Shown: positions 37,087-49,469 of the stretch, piece after piece | Layout: every line of letters begins with the position of its first letter | Position numbering within the stretch: position 1 is the first letter of the stretch | Source: Octopus vulgaris | Lineage: Eukaryota | DNA length: 64,000 nt | Direction: 5' to 3' | NCBI GenBank assembly: GCA_951406725.2 | Contig: OX597819.1 | Coordinates: 31,434,001 to 31,498,000 of the forward strand | Made by a program: the position numbers and the translations under genes | The notes under the pieces: model-generated | The model's database searches: none | Told to the model about the DNA's origin: nothing | The model's input: only the letters and a program-made list of their open reading frames with translations

Positions 37087-37258
37087 GGATCTTTTCGGTT
37101 TGAACGGCAGTTTTTAACATAATTTCTAGGTAACTAAAAAAATTTAAACTTCGTATACTGGTAGAATGTGTTTATAAAACATCTTTTTTCTCTTGGCTTT
37201 ATTGAGAAAATTCTATAGTTTGTAAGATATTTGTCGTTCTTTTTATGCAATCAGTGAC

Positions 37259-37262
<4 letters not shown>
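37087..37262 (-). mobile_element. MITE family M1, one end only
   Basis: Reverse complement of the right part of 51569-51988, truncated at (TA)n. Confidence 0.85.
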
Positions 37263-37306
<44 letters not shown>

Positions 37307-37491
37307 CAAATTTACAGAAAACAAAAGACGAAGGAACAACAAGCTGGCGAAAGAAAAATGTGTAGGGATTAACGCTTCAATATTACACCCCCCCACACAA
37401 ACATATATATATATATATATATATGTAGGTCCCGGTTGAGTCGGGGTTAACCACAGTAAATAAGGTACTCAATACATAGCAGAGTAAATTA

Positions 37492-37606
37492 ATTTATTTT
37501 ATAGAAGGAGCTTCTACAGGACTAGAACTGTTTCATTCTAAATGAAATCGATTTCATTTGAATGAAACAGTTCTAGTCCTGTAGAAGCTCCTTCTATAAA
37601 ATAAAT
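37492..37606. repeat. 115-bp near-perfect palindrome
   Basis: Arms of 58/57 nt centred on aaatcgattt with no loop and a single bulged T (37539). Confidence 0.97.
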
Positions 37607-37608
37607 AA

Positions 37609-37678
<70 letters not shown>

Positions 37679-38107
37679 GCATATAAACGTTTTTGTTGTA
37701 TCATTTTAAAGGCAAAACAATGCAATTTATGAAAATAAAACAGGATGATAGTATTACCGAGTATTTCAATATTTCGGGATTAAGATTCCTTTTTCAGGAA
37801 ATCGTTGGAGAAAAGTTCTTCGCTGACTTATCTATCCTGTAGCGTGTATATGCATATATATATATAATTATATATGCGAGGTATTTAAGTATGTGTGTAT
37901 GTATGTATGAATGCATGTATAATTATAGATAAAAAATAATTAAATATCAAACTGAAGGAGCTTCATGTTAAGAAACATATTTATTATTTTTTAAGAGGAA
38001 AAAGTTTGATTGTTACATTAAAGTTTCAGTTGTTGCTACATAGACGAAACATCGAAGTAAACGTCAGCTATTTTCTTGTAAAAAGAACGAGTGCGCGCTC
38101 GCACACA

Positions 38108-38188
<81 letters not shown>

Positions 38189-38192
38189 CACT

Positions 38193-38233
<41 letters not shown>

Positions 38234-38672
38234 GCCATACACACACGGACCCGCAAACATAAGTTTACGTATGTTTGCTTGTATTTGACGTTTCAAAAAT
38301 ATTAGACACGAAACTCGATCCCGTAAAATATACTTTCTAAAGCATTTCAACTTCACCACCACCACCACCACCACCAGCAGCAGCAGCAACAACAACAAAA
38401 ACAAGAACAACAACAACAACAGCAACGGAAATCATATACATACATCTAAATATATGCAATTACATACATGAACACACATGTAATATTATAAGAATGTGAT
38501 GTCAATAATTTATTACAATGACATGAAACTAGAAATTCAGGCGAATGTGGAAATGAAAATAAATTGTGTTGATGTATTTCACAGGAAAATTGAAGACAGA
38601 GTTGGCAACTGAACTACGTTATGTATGGTCTAGTATTTGATGCTGTTCCATAGTAACTTATCTATCTGCCCG

Positions 38673-38747
<75 letters not shown>

Positions 38748-38752
38748 GTCTA

Positions 38753-38889
<137 letters not shown>

Positions 38890-39819
38890 GTACAATCTGG
38901 CAACGTTGCTCGGTCTAACTGTTTATGTATATTTTATAGGAAATTCATGCACATCACAACGTTCCCTCTACATGGTCACACGATCAGCTTGAAATACCAG
39001 CCAGATTCTACCATCTTAAAAATAGGACACAATTAACTTGTAGTCCTTGATGCAGATCACAAGAGCTGATCAGAAATAGGAGTCAAATATCCCCTTCCTG
39101 CCAAAAATAAACGTGCTATCGTCCTGAATAAGGAAAGGGTACATTAGATAATGTCGCCCTACATACTCTAGGCAGATGAGATAATCACGGCTGGAATGCC
39201 TTTGGTTATAAGTCTGCTCAATCCTAGTTGACCTGGGGGTCAAACAACAACTTACAACAAAATAGACATAGCGAAGCGCTGGTACACAACACTTATCTAC
39301 CCACCCCTTTACCCGCTTGCCTTCCTGCCTGTGTATCTACGTACCTGTCCTATCCATCTATATATCTACTTACATTCCCATACACCAACTCATCTATCTA
39401 TCCACCTCACCGAGATAACCATATGACTACCTACTTACGCAGTTACCCCATTAGACTATTCAATCCTGTAATACCCACCTATCCACTTATAAATATAACA
39501 GCCTCAGCGCCAAGGATTGATTACGAACTTTGGGTTAGTTAAAATATGGTTTGAGACATATTTTAACTTCTAAAGGCAAATTCGCTGAAGTTACCGCAGA
39601 CAAAGAATTCTCTCTAATGGTAAAAGGTGTAAAAACACCATACCTTCTCAATGCTTCCCTTCTATCGGATTCCCAGACGGTCATTTCTAGCTCTTTCCAA
39701 TGGGAACTACCGGAGAGAGATAATCCTGGGAAGATTCAAGCCACAGTCTTAACTAAAAAAAACCCAGTCAACATCAATGACTGAGTGGCGCTGTTCGACC
39801 GCCGCGTCGGGATAAATAT

Positions 39820-40395
39820 ATATTTCTTTATTACCCACAAGGGGCTAAGCACAGAGGGGACAAACAAGGACAGACAAAGGGATTAAATTGATTACATCGA
39901 CCCTAGTGCATAACTGGTACTTAATTTATCGACCCCGAAAGGATGAAAGGCAAAGTCGACCTCGGCGGAATTTGAACTCACAACGTAACGCAGACGAAAT
40001 ACCTATTTCTTTATTACCCATAAGGGGCTAAACACAGAGGGAACAAACAAGGACAGACAGGTATTAAGTCGATTACATCGACCCCAGTTCGTAGCTGGTA
40101 CTTAATTTATCGACCCCGAAAGGATGAAAGGCAAAGTCGATCTCGGCGGAATTTGAACTCACAACGTAACGCAGACGAAATACCGCTAAGCATTTTGCCC
40201 GGCGTGCTAACGATTCTGCCAGCTCGCCGCCGTCGGGATAAATATATATTTCTTTACTACCCACAAGGGGCTAAACACAGGGGGGACAAACAAGGACAGA
40301 CAAAGGGATTAAGTCGATTACATCGACCCAAGTGCGTAACTGGTACTTAATTTATTGAAGGATGAAAGGCAAAGTCGACCTCGGCGGAATTTGAA
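39820..40395 (-). mobile_element. SINE family A multimer (dimer with TSD plus an older partial copy)
   Basis: Dimer ~39820-40231 flanked by duplicated gtcgggataaatata; third copy 40247-40395. Confidence 0.9.
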
Positions 40396-40770
40396 TCTAT
40401 TGGTGGGGCATACATTTTTCTGGAAAGTTATAGTGAGGCCTGGAGGAAAATAGGCTGGGAAACACCGCTCTAGAGGCAGAGATAGTTTTGATAAATAAAA
40501 GATTTTCTGTTGTGTGATATTTGATATACCTGTATTTATCTGTGTGCATTTGTGTGTGTGTATACCATACGTTAAAGTGCTTATCTGTCTTACAAATAAT
40601 TTAAATAATATAAATGCGGTGTTTCTAATAGATAATGTCTTCGGTTTCGTTCCATGGTTTAGAGCGTGACAGACAAGGTAGGTTGGGTGGTAGGTAAGTA
40701 GTCAGGCAGGAATACTTATAGTATTCAATTCGTATACAGATTGTGACAGAAGTGGTATTACTACTACTTC

Positions 40771-40821
<51 letters not shown>

Positions 40822-40968
40822 CAGCAGTAGTAGTAACTATTACAATATTACAATTCCAACGGACAGTTTCATACAAAAGCCATAAAAACAAAATATGTCG
40901 TTTCCTGCGGACACAGTATCTAAAAATATGTCTGAACATACATACATACATACATACATACAAACATA

Positions 40969-41033
<65 letters not shown>

Positions 41034-41323
41034 ACATGAAGAGATACGAAGTATCAAAAATAACAAATGTATGTTAGGTAGACTGATATTGTTTTCTGTT
41101 TAGTTATAGAACTTCTGGAATTGATAATAAAATCAATTGACCGCAATATAAATATTCAACGAATCAACTGCGGAAAAAAAATAGTTATTTTTGAGAAAAC
41201 CTACATATTTAAGAACATTATAGCTATTGCAGAAAAATACACATCTAACGAAAATAAAGGGTGAATATTCAACATCTCTTTCTTCCGCTTTGTCATCTCC
41301 AAGAGGCAAATGCATATGCATGT

Positions 41324-41505
<182 letters not shown>

Positions 41506-41598
41506 TTATATATAAAGGCGGTGCTCCAGCATGGCCGCAGTCAAATGACTGAAACAAATAAAAGAGTAAAAGAGTATATATATATGTATGTATCTATG

Positions 41599-41660
<62 letters not shown>

Positions 41661-41869
41661 TGTATATATATACATAGGTACATACAGATATATATATACA
41701 TATATATACATATATTTATACATATATATATATATACATACATTCATACATATATATATATATACATACATGTATATATATGTATATTTATATGTACATA
41801 TGTATATATATACATACATATGTATGTACATACATGCATATGTACATACATAATATACACATGTATGTA

Positions 41870-41970
41870 TATTATTTAATTTTATTTCTAGATTTCTTGC
41901 CAATGGATAAAGAACTGGCCTATAATCTAAATCTAGAGTTCCTTCACTGGAATTTCAGCATCAACAGAGT
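41870..41970 (-). mobile_element. R4/Dong 3'UTR-only copy
   Basis: Homologous to 13786-13890 (ttcttgccaat...cttca.tggaatttca.catcaac). Confidence 0.7.
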
Positions 41971-42276
41971 AGTAGTGCATGCATGTGTGTATATGTGCAA
42001 GTATTTACAGTTTGTGCATGTGCAGTTATATTGTACAGGTGTTTGTGATATAAGTGTGTATACCCATTCATATAGTTGCACGTCTATACACTTCATATAC
42101 ATTTATGAGATAAACTTTTGGTAAGCTTTATATATTTTGATAGTTCCATTGTAAGTGTAATTGTAAATCTACATGTATGTATGTATGTATGTATGTATGT
42201 ATGTATGTATGTATGTATGTATGTATGTATGTATGTATGTATGTATGTATGTATGCATGTATGTGTGTATGTTATG

Positions 42277-42829
42277 TCAGGTCGCTTTCGATTGCTACTG
42301 GTAACATGTAACCCAGTACAACCTGTTGCATGGTCGGGTCGTCGGCGACTAAACCGGCAACACCACCAAGCTTGCTTGGTGAGGAGGGTGTTTATTGGAC
42401 ACCCTGCGGGATGAAAAGCAAAACCCGTCAAAGGGCGGAGGAACTCTTGAGAGTCAACGGCCATCCAATAAATGTCTTAAGGCTGTATCATGCGCGGGGA
42501 CATAGAAATAATCGGACTGAATACCCGATCGCGTGGGTAAACCATTGGGAGTGAAGGACTCCTAGCCTTTGTTAGGGCATCCTTCTAGGAGAAGGTAACT
42601 CAGGTAACTGGGATAACTCCGATATAAAACTTGCGGCTCAGTGGTTACCGATGATGTTGACTTGTTCTTCTTTTCGGATTATGGCTACTGTTGCTTAGTG
42701 AGTGGGATTGACTCAGTGCACAGCCTTTCCTCACTTTAAAAAAAAACTTCTTGCACAGGCATTGCACGATAACAACATTGATTAAGCTTCGTGCAATGGC
42801 CATACTCGATAACGAGGGGGCGGCCACCA
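42277..42829 (+). mobile_element. Bipartite non-autonomous RTE derivative, probably full length
   Basis: GC-rich structured leader, ctaggagaaggtaactc motif, 3' end identical to the zinc-finger RTE, (ATGT)n on both sides. Confidence 0.83.
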
Positions 42830-43361
42830 TGTATGTATGTATGTATGTATGTATGTATGTATGTATGTATGTATGTATGTATGTATGTATGTATGTATGT
42901 ATGTATGTACGTATGTATGTTATCATTCTTTTTTTAATTATTTAAAAAAGAGGCGTTTATAATGAAGAAATCCCCATCCCTTTAGGAGTTACTCACTGAA
43001 TTTCTAAAAACTCTTGCGTGTTTTTATTGATTCTGGTTATTGCTTCTGTTTGCAAAGTGCAAATTAGCAGATCGCATTTTTGTCTGAAGCCTTCATTTTT
43101 TTTTTTTTTAGATTACTATACAGACATTGAGTAAAACAAGTATAATCAAGTTTACCGGTAATTATTACCGATTGAAATGGCAATTAAAACTTGGGAAGAG
43201 ATGCTGAAGATCTCGAAGTTTATTGCGCACGAAGCGTTTGTTGTTGCAAGGCAGGTTAGCTCTGTATAAGTTCGCGTGAACGTATGTATGTTTACATGTG
43301 TGCATGTATGTATATACATGCACACATGTGTGTATGTATGTATGATATATACACATTCATA

Positions 43362-43396
<35 letters not shown>

Positions 43397-43399
<3 letters not shown>

Positions 43400-43574
43400 G
43401 TAAAGTATAGAAGCCATCTTAACATGGCTAACCACATAGGGGAGGGGGTGTTACTGTAGCTTTATAGCCCCAGGAGATCGTCGTCTCCAGATGGCTTTAG
43501 ACACCATTTCAGTGCCCTTGAAGTATTTGCAAAGGGAGGCCATCCCTTCCTCACAAGCCTGAGTGATACGCTCG

Positions 43575-43577
<3 letters not shown>
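43397..43577. mobile_element. Unclassified ~180-bp structured insert in (TA)n
   Basis: Unique GC-richer segment cleanly flanked by (TA)n, with several hairpins. Confidence 0.5.
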
Positions 43578-43631
<54 letters not shown>

Positions 43632-43676
43632 AGACCAAAGTGTACGTACGCCGCTATATTTTTATATATAAAAAAG

Positions 43677-43856
43677 TACAAAAATGGGTCAAGAACGCAA
43701 AACATCCAGACAATTAGGTGATACAATAAAAGGACAACAAATGACCCGAATGACCCGTCCTTATTTTCTTTGCATCGTCTGTCTGGATGTTTTGTTGTCC
43801 CTTTTTTTGTATCACCTAACTGTCTGGATGTTTTGCGTTCTTGTCCCATTTTTGTA
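43677..43856. repeat. Inverted repeat (~65-bp arms, ~50-bp spacer) in (TA)n
   Basis: tacaaaaatggg.caagaacgcaaaacatccagaca.ttaggtgatacaa...ggacaacaaa (43677-43741) is reverse-complemented at 43791-43856. Confidence 0.93.
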
Positions 43857-44474
43857 TTTTATATATATATATATATATTCATATATATGTGCATGTGTGT
43901 GTGTGTTAATGTTTGTTTTTCTAAAGTTACATATAAAAACAGCTTCAAACTGAATTGAAGAACCATTCAATACTTCTTATAGTAGATTACTTATTAATTT
44001 TTCACAAAAATGCTTGACAATGACTTCGAAGTTTCGGCCTAGTAGTTATCATCACACAGTCTGATGACGGTTAATAAACCAAAATTCTGACGTCACTGTC
44101 AACTTTTCCCTCGTACATAGTTTACCTCATATTTCTGTATAAGCTAGTTGGTGGAATAGGAACCACTGTACCGATGCATTTTATATTCCTGTGGTGCGAG
44201 TATCGTTATTCTGAAAGCCACAGCACGAAATGATATATATAAAAAGTGGAACTTGGGGAAAAAGTTATTACCAAAGATTTGGCTGTTGTTTCTGGCATGT
44301 TGAGTAAGCATATCGAAGCCGCTCTCATTTCATTTGCTGTTTCATCGGGCATCTATGGATGTGGGTTGCGCTTTGTTATTACGATAGCTAGAGGAGGAGT
44401 TGATAATAAAAATCTGAAATTTCGGAAAAAAAATTTCCGAGATTTGGTTGTTATTCCGAGCATGTCCAGCAACC

Positions 44475-44585
<111 letters not shown>

Positions 44586-44837
44586 TATAAATTATAATAA
44601 AGGGTAAAAATCAGTAATCATTTTACCAGGGGAGCAGCGCTGAAATAAAAACCTTATTGGTAAATTTTACAAATATTATAATAATTAAATACATAATTAT
44701 AACAAGGGATTGGCTATAAGCCTCCTCTACGCGCTAGAGAAATAGACGCCTAAAGACGCTATTACCACCTTAAAAACTCCGAAAAATAAAATACGGGCTG
44801 TAGTCGTAAATAAATACAATGGAATATCGTTGCTGAT

Positions 44838-45325
44838 GAAAGCAGTAAGTATAACTGGACTAACAAGACACACAATACATACGGTGTTGCATAAAGAATT
44901 GAATTTTCGTGCGTGGAAACCCCATTACGTGCAGGAGCTAAAACCTGAAGACTGTAACCGCAGAAGTTCAGAAGTTCAGAACTCCAAGAAGTCCAGATCT
45001 CACTCCGTGTGAATTTTACCTGTGGGGTTTCCCAAAAAAGGAGGTATACAAGAAAATACCTCGCACACTGGAGAACTTGGAGACACGGATTCAGGAAGTT
45101 CTCAATGATATCCCAGAAAACGTCCTTCAGAAGGTTGTTCATTTCATCCCTGGCCATATGAGGAAACTGGTTGAAGCCACCGGTGCTTACGTTGAAATAT
45201 GAAGATTTACTTTCATTTTTCTCATGTAATAAAGAACATATGTCATTTGTTTCAATAAATTTGTAAAAGGAATATGGATTTTATTATCAATTTTTAATGC
45301 CTACTTACTTTTCACCCACCCTGTA
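44838..45325 (+). mobile_element. Tc1/mariner-superfamily relic (rosa/DD41D-like), internally deleted
   Basis: TIHTVLHKELNFRAWKPHYVQELKPEDCNRR // PRSPDLTPCEF.LWG...LENLETRI...VEATGAYVE*; right end cacccaccctg-ta. Confidence 0.8.
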
Positions 45326-45335
45326 TATATGTATG

Positions 45336-45431
<96 letters not shown>

Positions 45432-45519
45432 AAAGGGTTGAATGCGAATTCGTCCTTTAATTGGAGTAGTTTCCAAAATATTTCTAAAGTTTGTTTCTTC
45501 ATACTTTACTTTTAATTTA

Positions 45520-47697
45520 CTGGTGTAAATTAGCGTAGATATGAAAATTTATATAAGTATATTAAGTATATGATTTAAATTAAAAACCAAAGTTCAACAA
45601 ATTCAATCATATTTTTCATAAATGGAGGAGATTAGATGTTAATATGGATTAAAATTATTTTTATTCATTTAGCTATACGATCGTTTCATACAGAAAAACA
45701 ATATATTCCTTTTAAGAATATGAGTTGTCAATAAGTATTGGTCAGTAGCAAAAATTATGGAAAGAAAAGGGCTAAAAAGATGTTAGAATCACATAGGTAT
45801 GGTGTTCGTAATGTATAATTGTTCTTAGAGTCATTTTTCCTCATACATGGTATTGGTTTCTTTTGGACCATGTTTTTATTATCATTATTAATTTTATTAT
45901 TATGGATATCCATACCATTATTGTTACTTGTCTTACTCTGACTATTCATGTTTTTATTTATCGTTATCTTTATGTTCCTATTCGTATCTTTAATTATATT
46001 GTTACAGTTTACGTGATCAGTATTTTTAGGGTTATTTACATTAGTGTGGTTAGAATGGTGGTAATAATTTTTATGATTTTTATTCTTATTATGAATTTTA
46101 TTTATGCTAAAATGTTCATCATGGTTAAGTTTAATTTTAATATTATTATGACTGGTCTGTTTAACATGATTGTTACATTTATGATTAGTGCTGGGAATTT
46201 TCTTTATTCGTTTATGAGTGTATACTGTTTCTTTATAGGTATTTAAGTCTCTAGTCTTAACATTATCTTTATGTATAAAAGTGAAGTTGTGTGTCTGTCT
46301 CCTACGATTTAGATTCCTAACTACTCCCACATTTTGCGGTGCAGTGTAACCAAAAGCGGGTATCTTATAGTCGTGATTCATATCGAGCCCTTCTGGGTAT
46401 TAGCGCGCGTCTACGATGAGTCTACGATTAAAAAAAAATTTAATATAATTTTTTCCCATTTTTAATGCATTTTTTAGCTATTATATAAGTGAAGTAACTC
46501 TCTAAAAATGCTTATATAGTTATTTCCCTTACAAACCCGAGCAACGCCGGGCGATACTGCTAGTTATTTATATAATTATATTTAATACGATTTTTAGTAG
46601 TGTTGTAGTTTATATTGTACTTAATTTCATATTTATATCCTACCTTCTTTAGTGCTGTGTTGTAATAATCTTTGTATTTATTAAATACTTCTTCGTTAGA
46701 TGATAGCAGATTTATTCTTCTCTCTATGTTTGTACTCAGGTTTTCCATAATATCTTATGTTGGCGTTAGGTTTATGATAAGGTTGGTAAATGGAAGTATT
46801 AAGGCTGAAGTTGACGACGCCAAGGAAGTTTACGGAGATGTTATCTTTTTCTATAGAAATTGTGAGTCCTTGGTTTTTAAAAATATGTATGTAGTCTTTT
46901 TTTGCAATTTTCTATTTGAAGTGTTCCTTACTAAGAAAAGGGTGTCGTCCCAGTATAGTCCGCCTTAAAATTCAGGGAATTCCTCTTTAAATTTGTGTAG
47001 AAGATATATACCGACTAAATCGATTATCTCAGCGGAGTCTTGTGCGCCCATCGGTATATCGTATCAGCCATGTGTATCTTTGTCCAATATATACCTTCAT
47101 GTAATATTACTGTTTTTCTAGCTGCAAGTATAATTTTAATTTCCTTTATTCATCTATTACTAGCGAAGATTAGTGCCTTATTTAATAAAACGTTTAATTG
47201 GATGAATTTGCATTTTTTCTTGTCGTTAATGTTAGTAAACCAGCTAATTGCATCTTGTGTTCTGGACCATAGGCTAAGTTTGATTTTGGATTTTAGAGAG
47301 TGTAAATATTTATCTATAATTATTTTGCTAAGTTTTCTTAGGTCCGATTTACAAGGACATATCAGCCTTACTTTAGGATCAATCTCAAAATTTTCTTTGT
47401 GGTCATTAAGGCTAATTCTTGGTCTGTAAGGTTCACAAATCTCTGTTATGTCGTCAATTCCGTATTCATTAATTATTTTTTAGCTTCAAGATTAATAGAT
47501 CTAAGAACATTTTTATTTATTATTTTGTATTTCTTAATTATTTCTTTATGTAACAATTTGTAGTATAAATCCACGTCTACGTTGTATAAATTTCCAGTTT
47601 TGTCAGCTTTTATAATTATTCTTTTCAATTTCTTAAGTTCGTTTACTTAGTTCTTTAATTTAAGTAAGTGAATTTTCTTGAGAGGATCTTTCTTAAA
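45520..47697 (-). mobile_element. Penelope-like element (Naiad/Chlamys-type RT), degenerate
   Basis: IIIKADKTGNLY, LNDHKENF..PKVRLICPCKSD, MGAQDSAEIIDLVGIYLL...GGLYWDD, NIERRINLLSSNEEVF...YYNTALKKVGY, then an Asn-rich extension. Confidence 0.85.
46266..46563 (+). mobile_element. Non-autonomous Helitron
   Basis: A|TC 5' end (tctttatgtataaaa), subterminal hairpin cccgagcaacgccggg, CTAG|T 3' end, no TSD; excision restores the PLE frame (..YINN-NVKTRD..). Confidence 0.93.
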
Positions 47698-48085
47698 CTT
47701 AATATTTTAAAGCAACAGTAATTATATGTGGATCCAAGATGGTTCTCCTGCTCATATGGAGAAGAAAGTGCAGAAATTCTGCGAAGACAACATCGCCGAC
47801 TTTTGGCCTGCCAACTTCTAGTATTCTTCCAGCCCAGACTTGAACTCCTTGGACTATGCCGTATGGGGAAAATTGCAGCACTCTACCAGCAGAACTTCGC
47901 ATCCAAGTATTGATCATTTTAAGCAACTCCTTAGGGAAGAGTGGGATAACATGTCTGAGTACTTCATCATGAAGAGTTGTGACGCCTTCAGGTGGAGTGT
48001 CAAGGCTATGGTGGACAATGAAGGCAGACATATTGAATAAATTGTTTCTTTATATCCCTATAAACTTGTGTTAAAATTATATTCA
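47698..48085 (+). mobile_element. DD37D (maT-type) transposase 3' fragment
   Basis: WIQDGSPAH...SSSPDLNSLDYAVWG with 37 codons (one a stop) between the second and third catalytic D; ends EGRHIE*. Confidence 0.88.
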
Positions 48086-48276
48086 TGTCAGGATACGGGT
48101 TGACAACTGACAACTGACGTTAATGCGTTTACGTCCCCGTAATTTAGCGGTTCGTCAAAACAGGCCGATCGAATAAGTACTAGGCTTACAAAGAATAATA
48201 AATAAGATTTGTTCAACTAAATGCAGTGTTCCAGCATGGCCGCAGTCAAATGACTAAAACAAGTAAAAGAATGAAA

Positions 48277-48343
<67 letters not shown>

Positions 48344-48415
48344 CATACATACATACATTCATACATACATACATACATACATACATACATACATACATAC
48401 ACATACATACATATA

Positions 48416-48451
<36 letters not shown>

Positions 48452-49240
48452 TATATTTATGGATTTTTATACATATCTATATATGTTGATATGTGTCTTT
48501 GTGTGTTTATGTATGCGTATGCATATATTGTGTGTGTATGCATGCGTGCATATATTCTCTTTACTAAAACATACTCGCGTTCGTTAGAAAACTATATCAA
48601 ACTTAGCGGTAGCAATGTTTACGTTCTGAAAATGTCAAGTCATTGATATAGACATGTTTTTATCTGAATTTTTAAGAGGAAGGGATGTATCAATGCATAA
48701 AATTGTTTTGTTGTTTGTTAAGTCGTTGATACAACTAAAAGTGGTTTAATGATTTTTAATGCTTCCGTGCGGTCGCATGTACTTCATCCAATCTTTTGCT
48801 CGCCCCAATCTTTCGCAAAACACATCTCGCGGTTGTATTTTGGGAATTGCATTTGGATTAGATAATCATAATCGTCATCATCGTCATCATGGTCGACGTC
48901 CTCGTCTCCTCCTCCTCCTCCTCCTCCTCCTTCTTCTTCTTCTTCTTCTTCTTCTTCTTCTTCTTCTTCTTCTTCTTCTTCTTCTTCTTCTTCTTCTTCT
49001 TCTTCTTCTTCTTCTTCTATTTAAAAGGAATTGTCAACCAAATATTTACATGCATGCTATCATTTGTAGCGTGCGTGTGCTTCGAGACCTAATTCCAAAA
49101 AAAAAAAAAAAGAAAAAGAATTATTTCATGTTTACTCGAAAGTTTATAAATCCTTATGATGTCAACTACATTTATATATTTATATATACGCATACATACG
49201 TACCTACATGCACATATATATATATAATATATATATAATA

Positions 49241-49404
49241 TAAAATGAGATAGGGGTTGAAAATTCAACCCTCCATGGGATAACATATATCCAATATACT
49301 GCTAGAGAAGTACCCATTGTGTAATGGTTTAATAAAGTATTGATTGGGTATTATCTGATGGTTGATGATTGATTTAGATATATTTCTCCATTTTCTCATT
49401 TTGT
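49241..49404. mobile_element. Small TA-flanked element with short TIR-like ends
   Basis: taaaatgaga ... tctcattttgta; internal hairpin ggggttgaa-aa-ttcaaccct. Confidence 0.45.
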
Positions 49405-49414
49405 ATATATATAT

Positions 49415-49469
<55 letters not shown>

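Noticed and set aside
39820-40395. CRISPR-like or satellite array
   Set aside because: The units are SINE A copies with no unique spacers, in a eukaryotic context with no cas genes.
42345-42400. Twister ribozyme (ccaagc...gaggaggg resemblance)
   Set aside because: Could not build P2/P4 and both pseudoknots; kept only as an unclassified structured leader.
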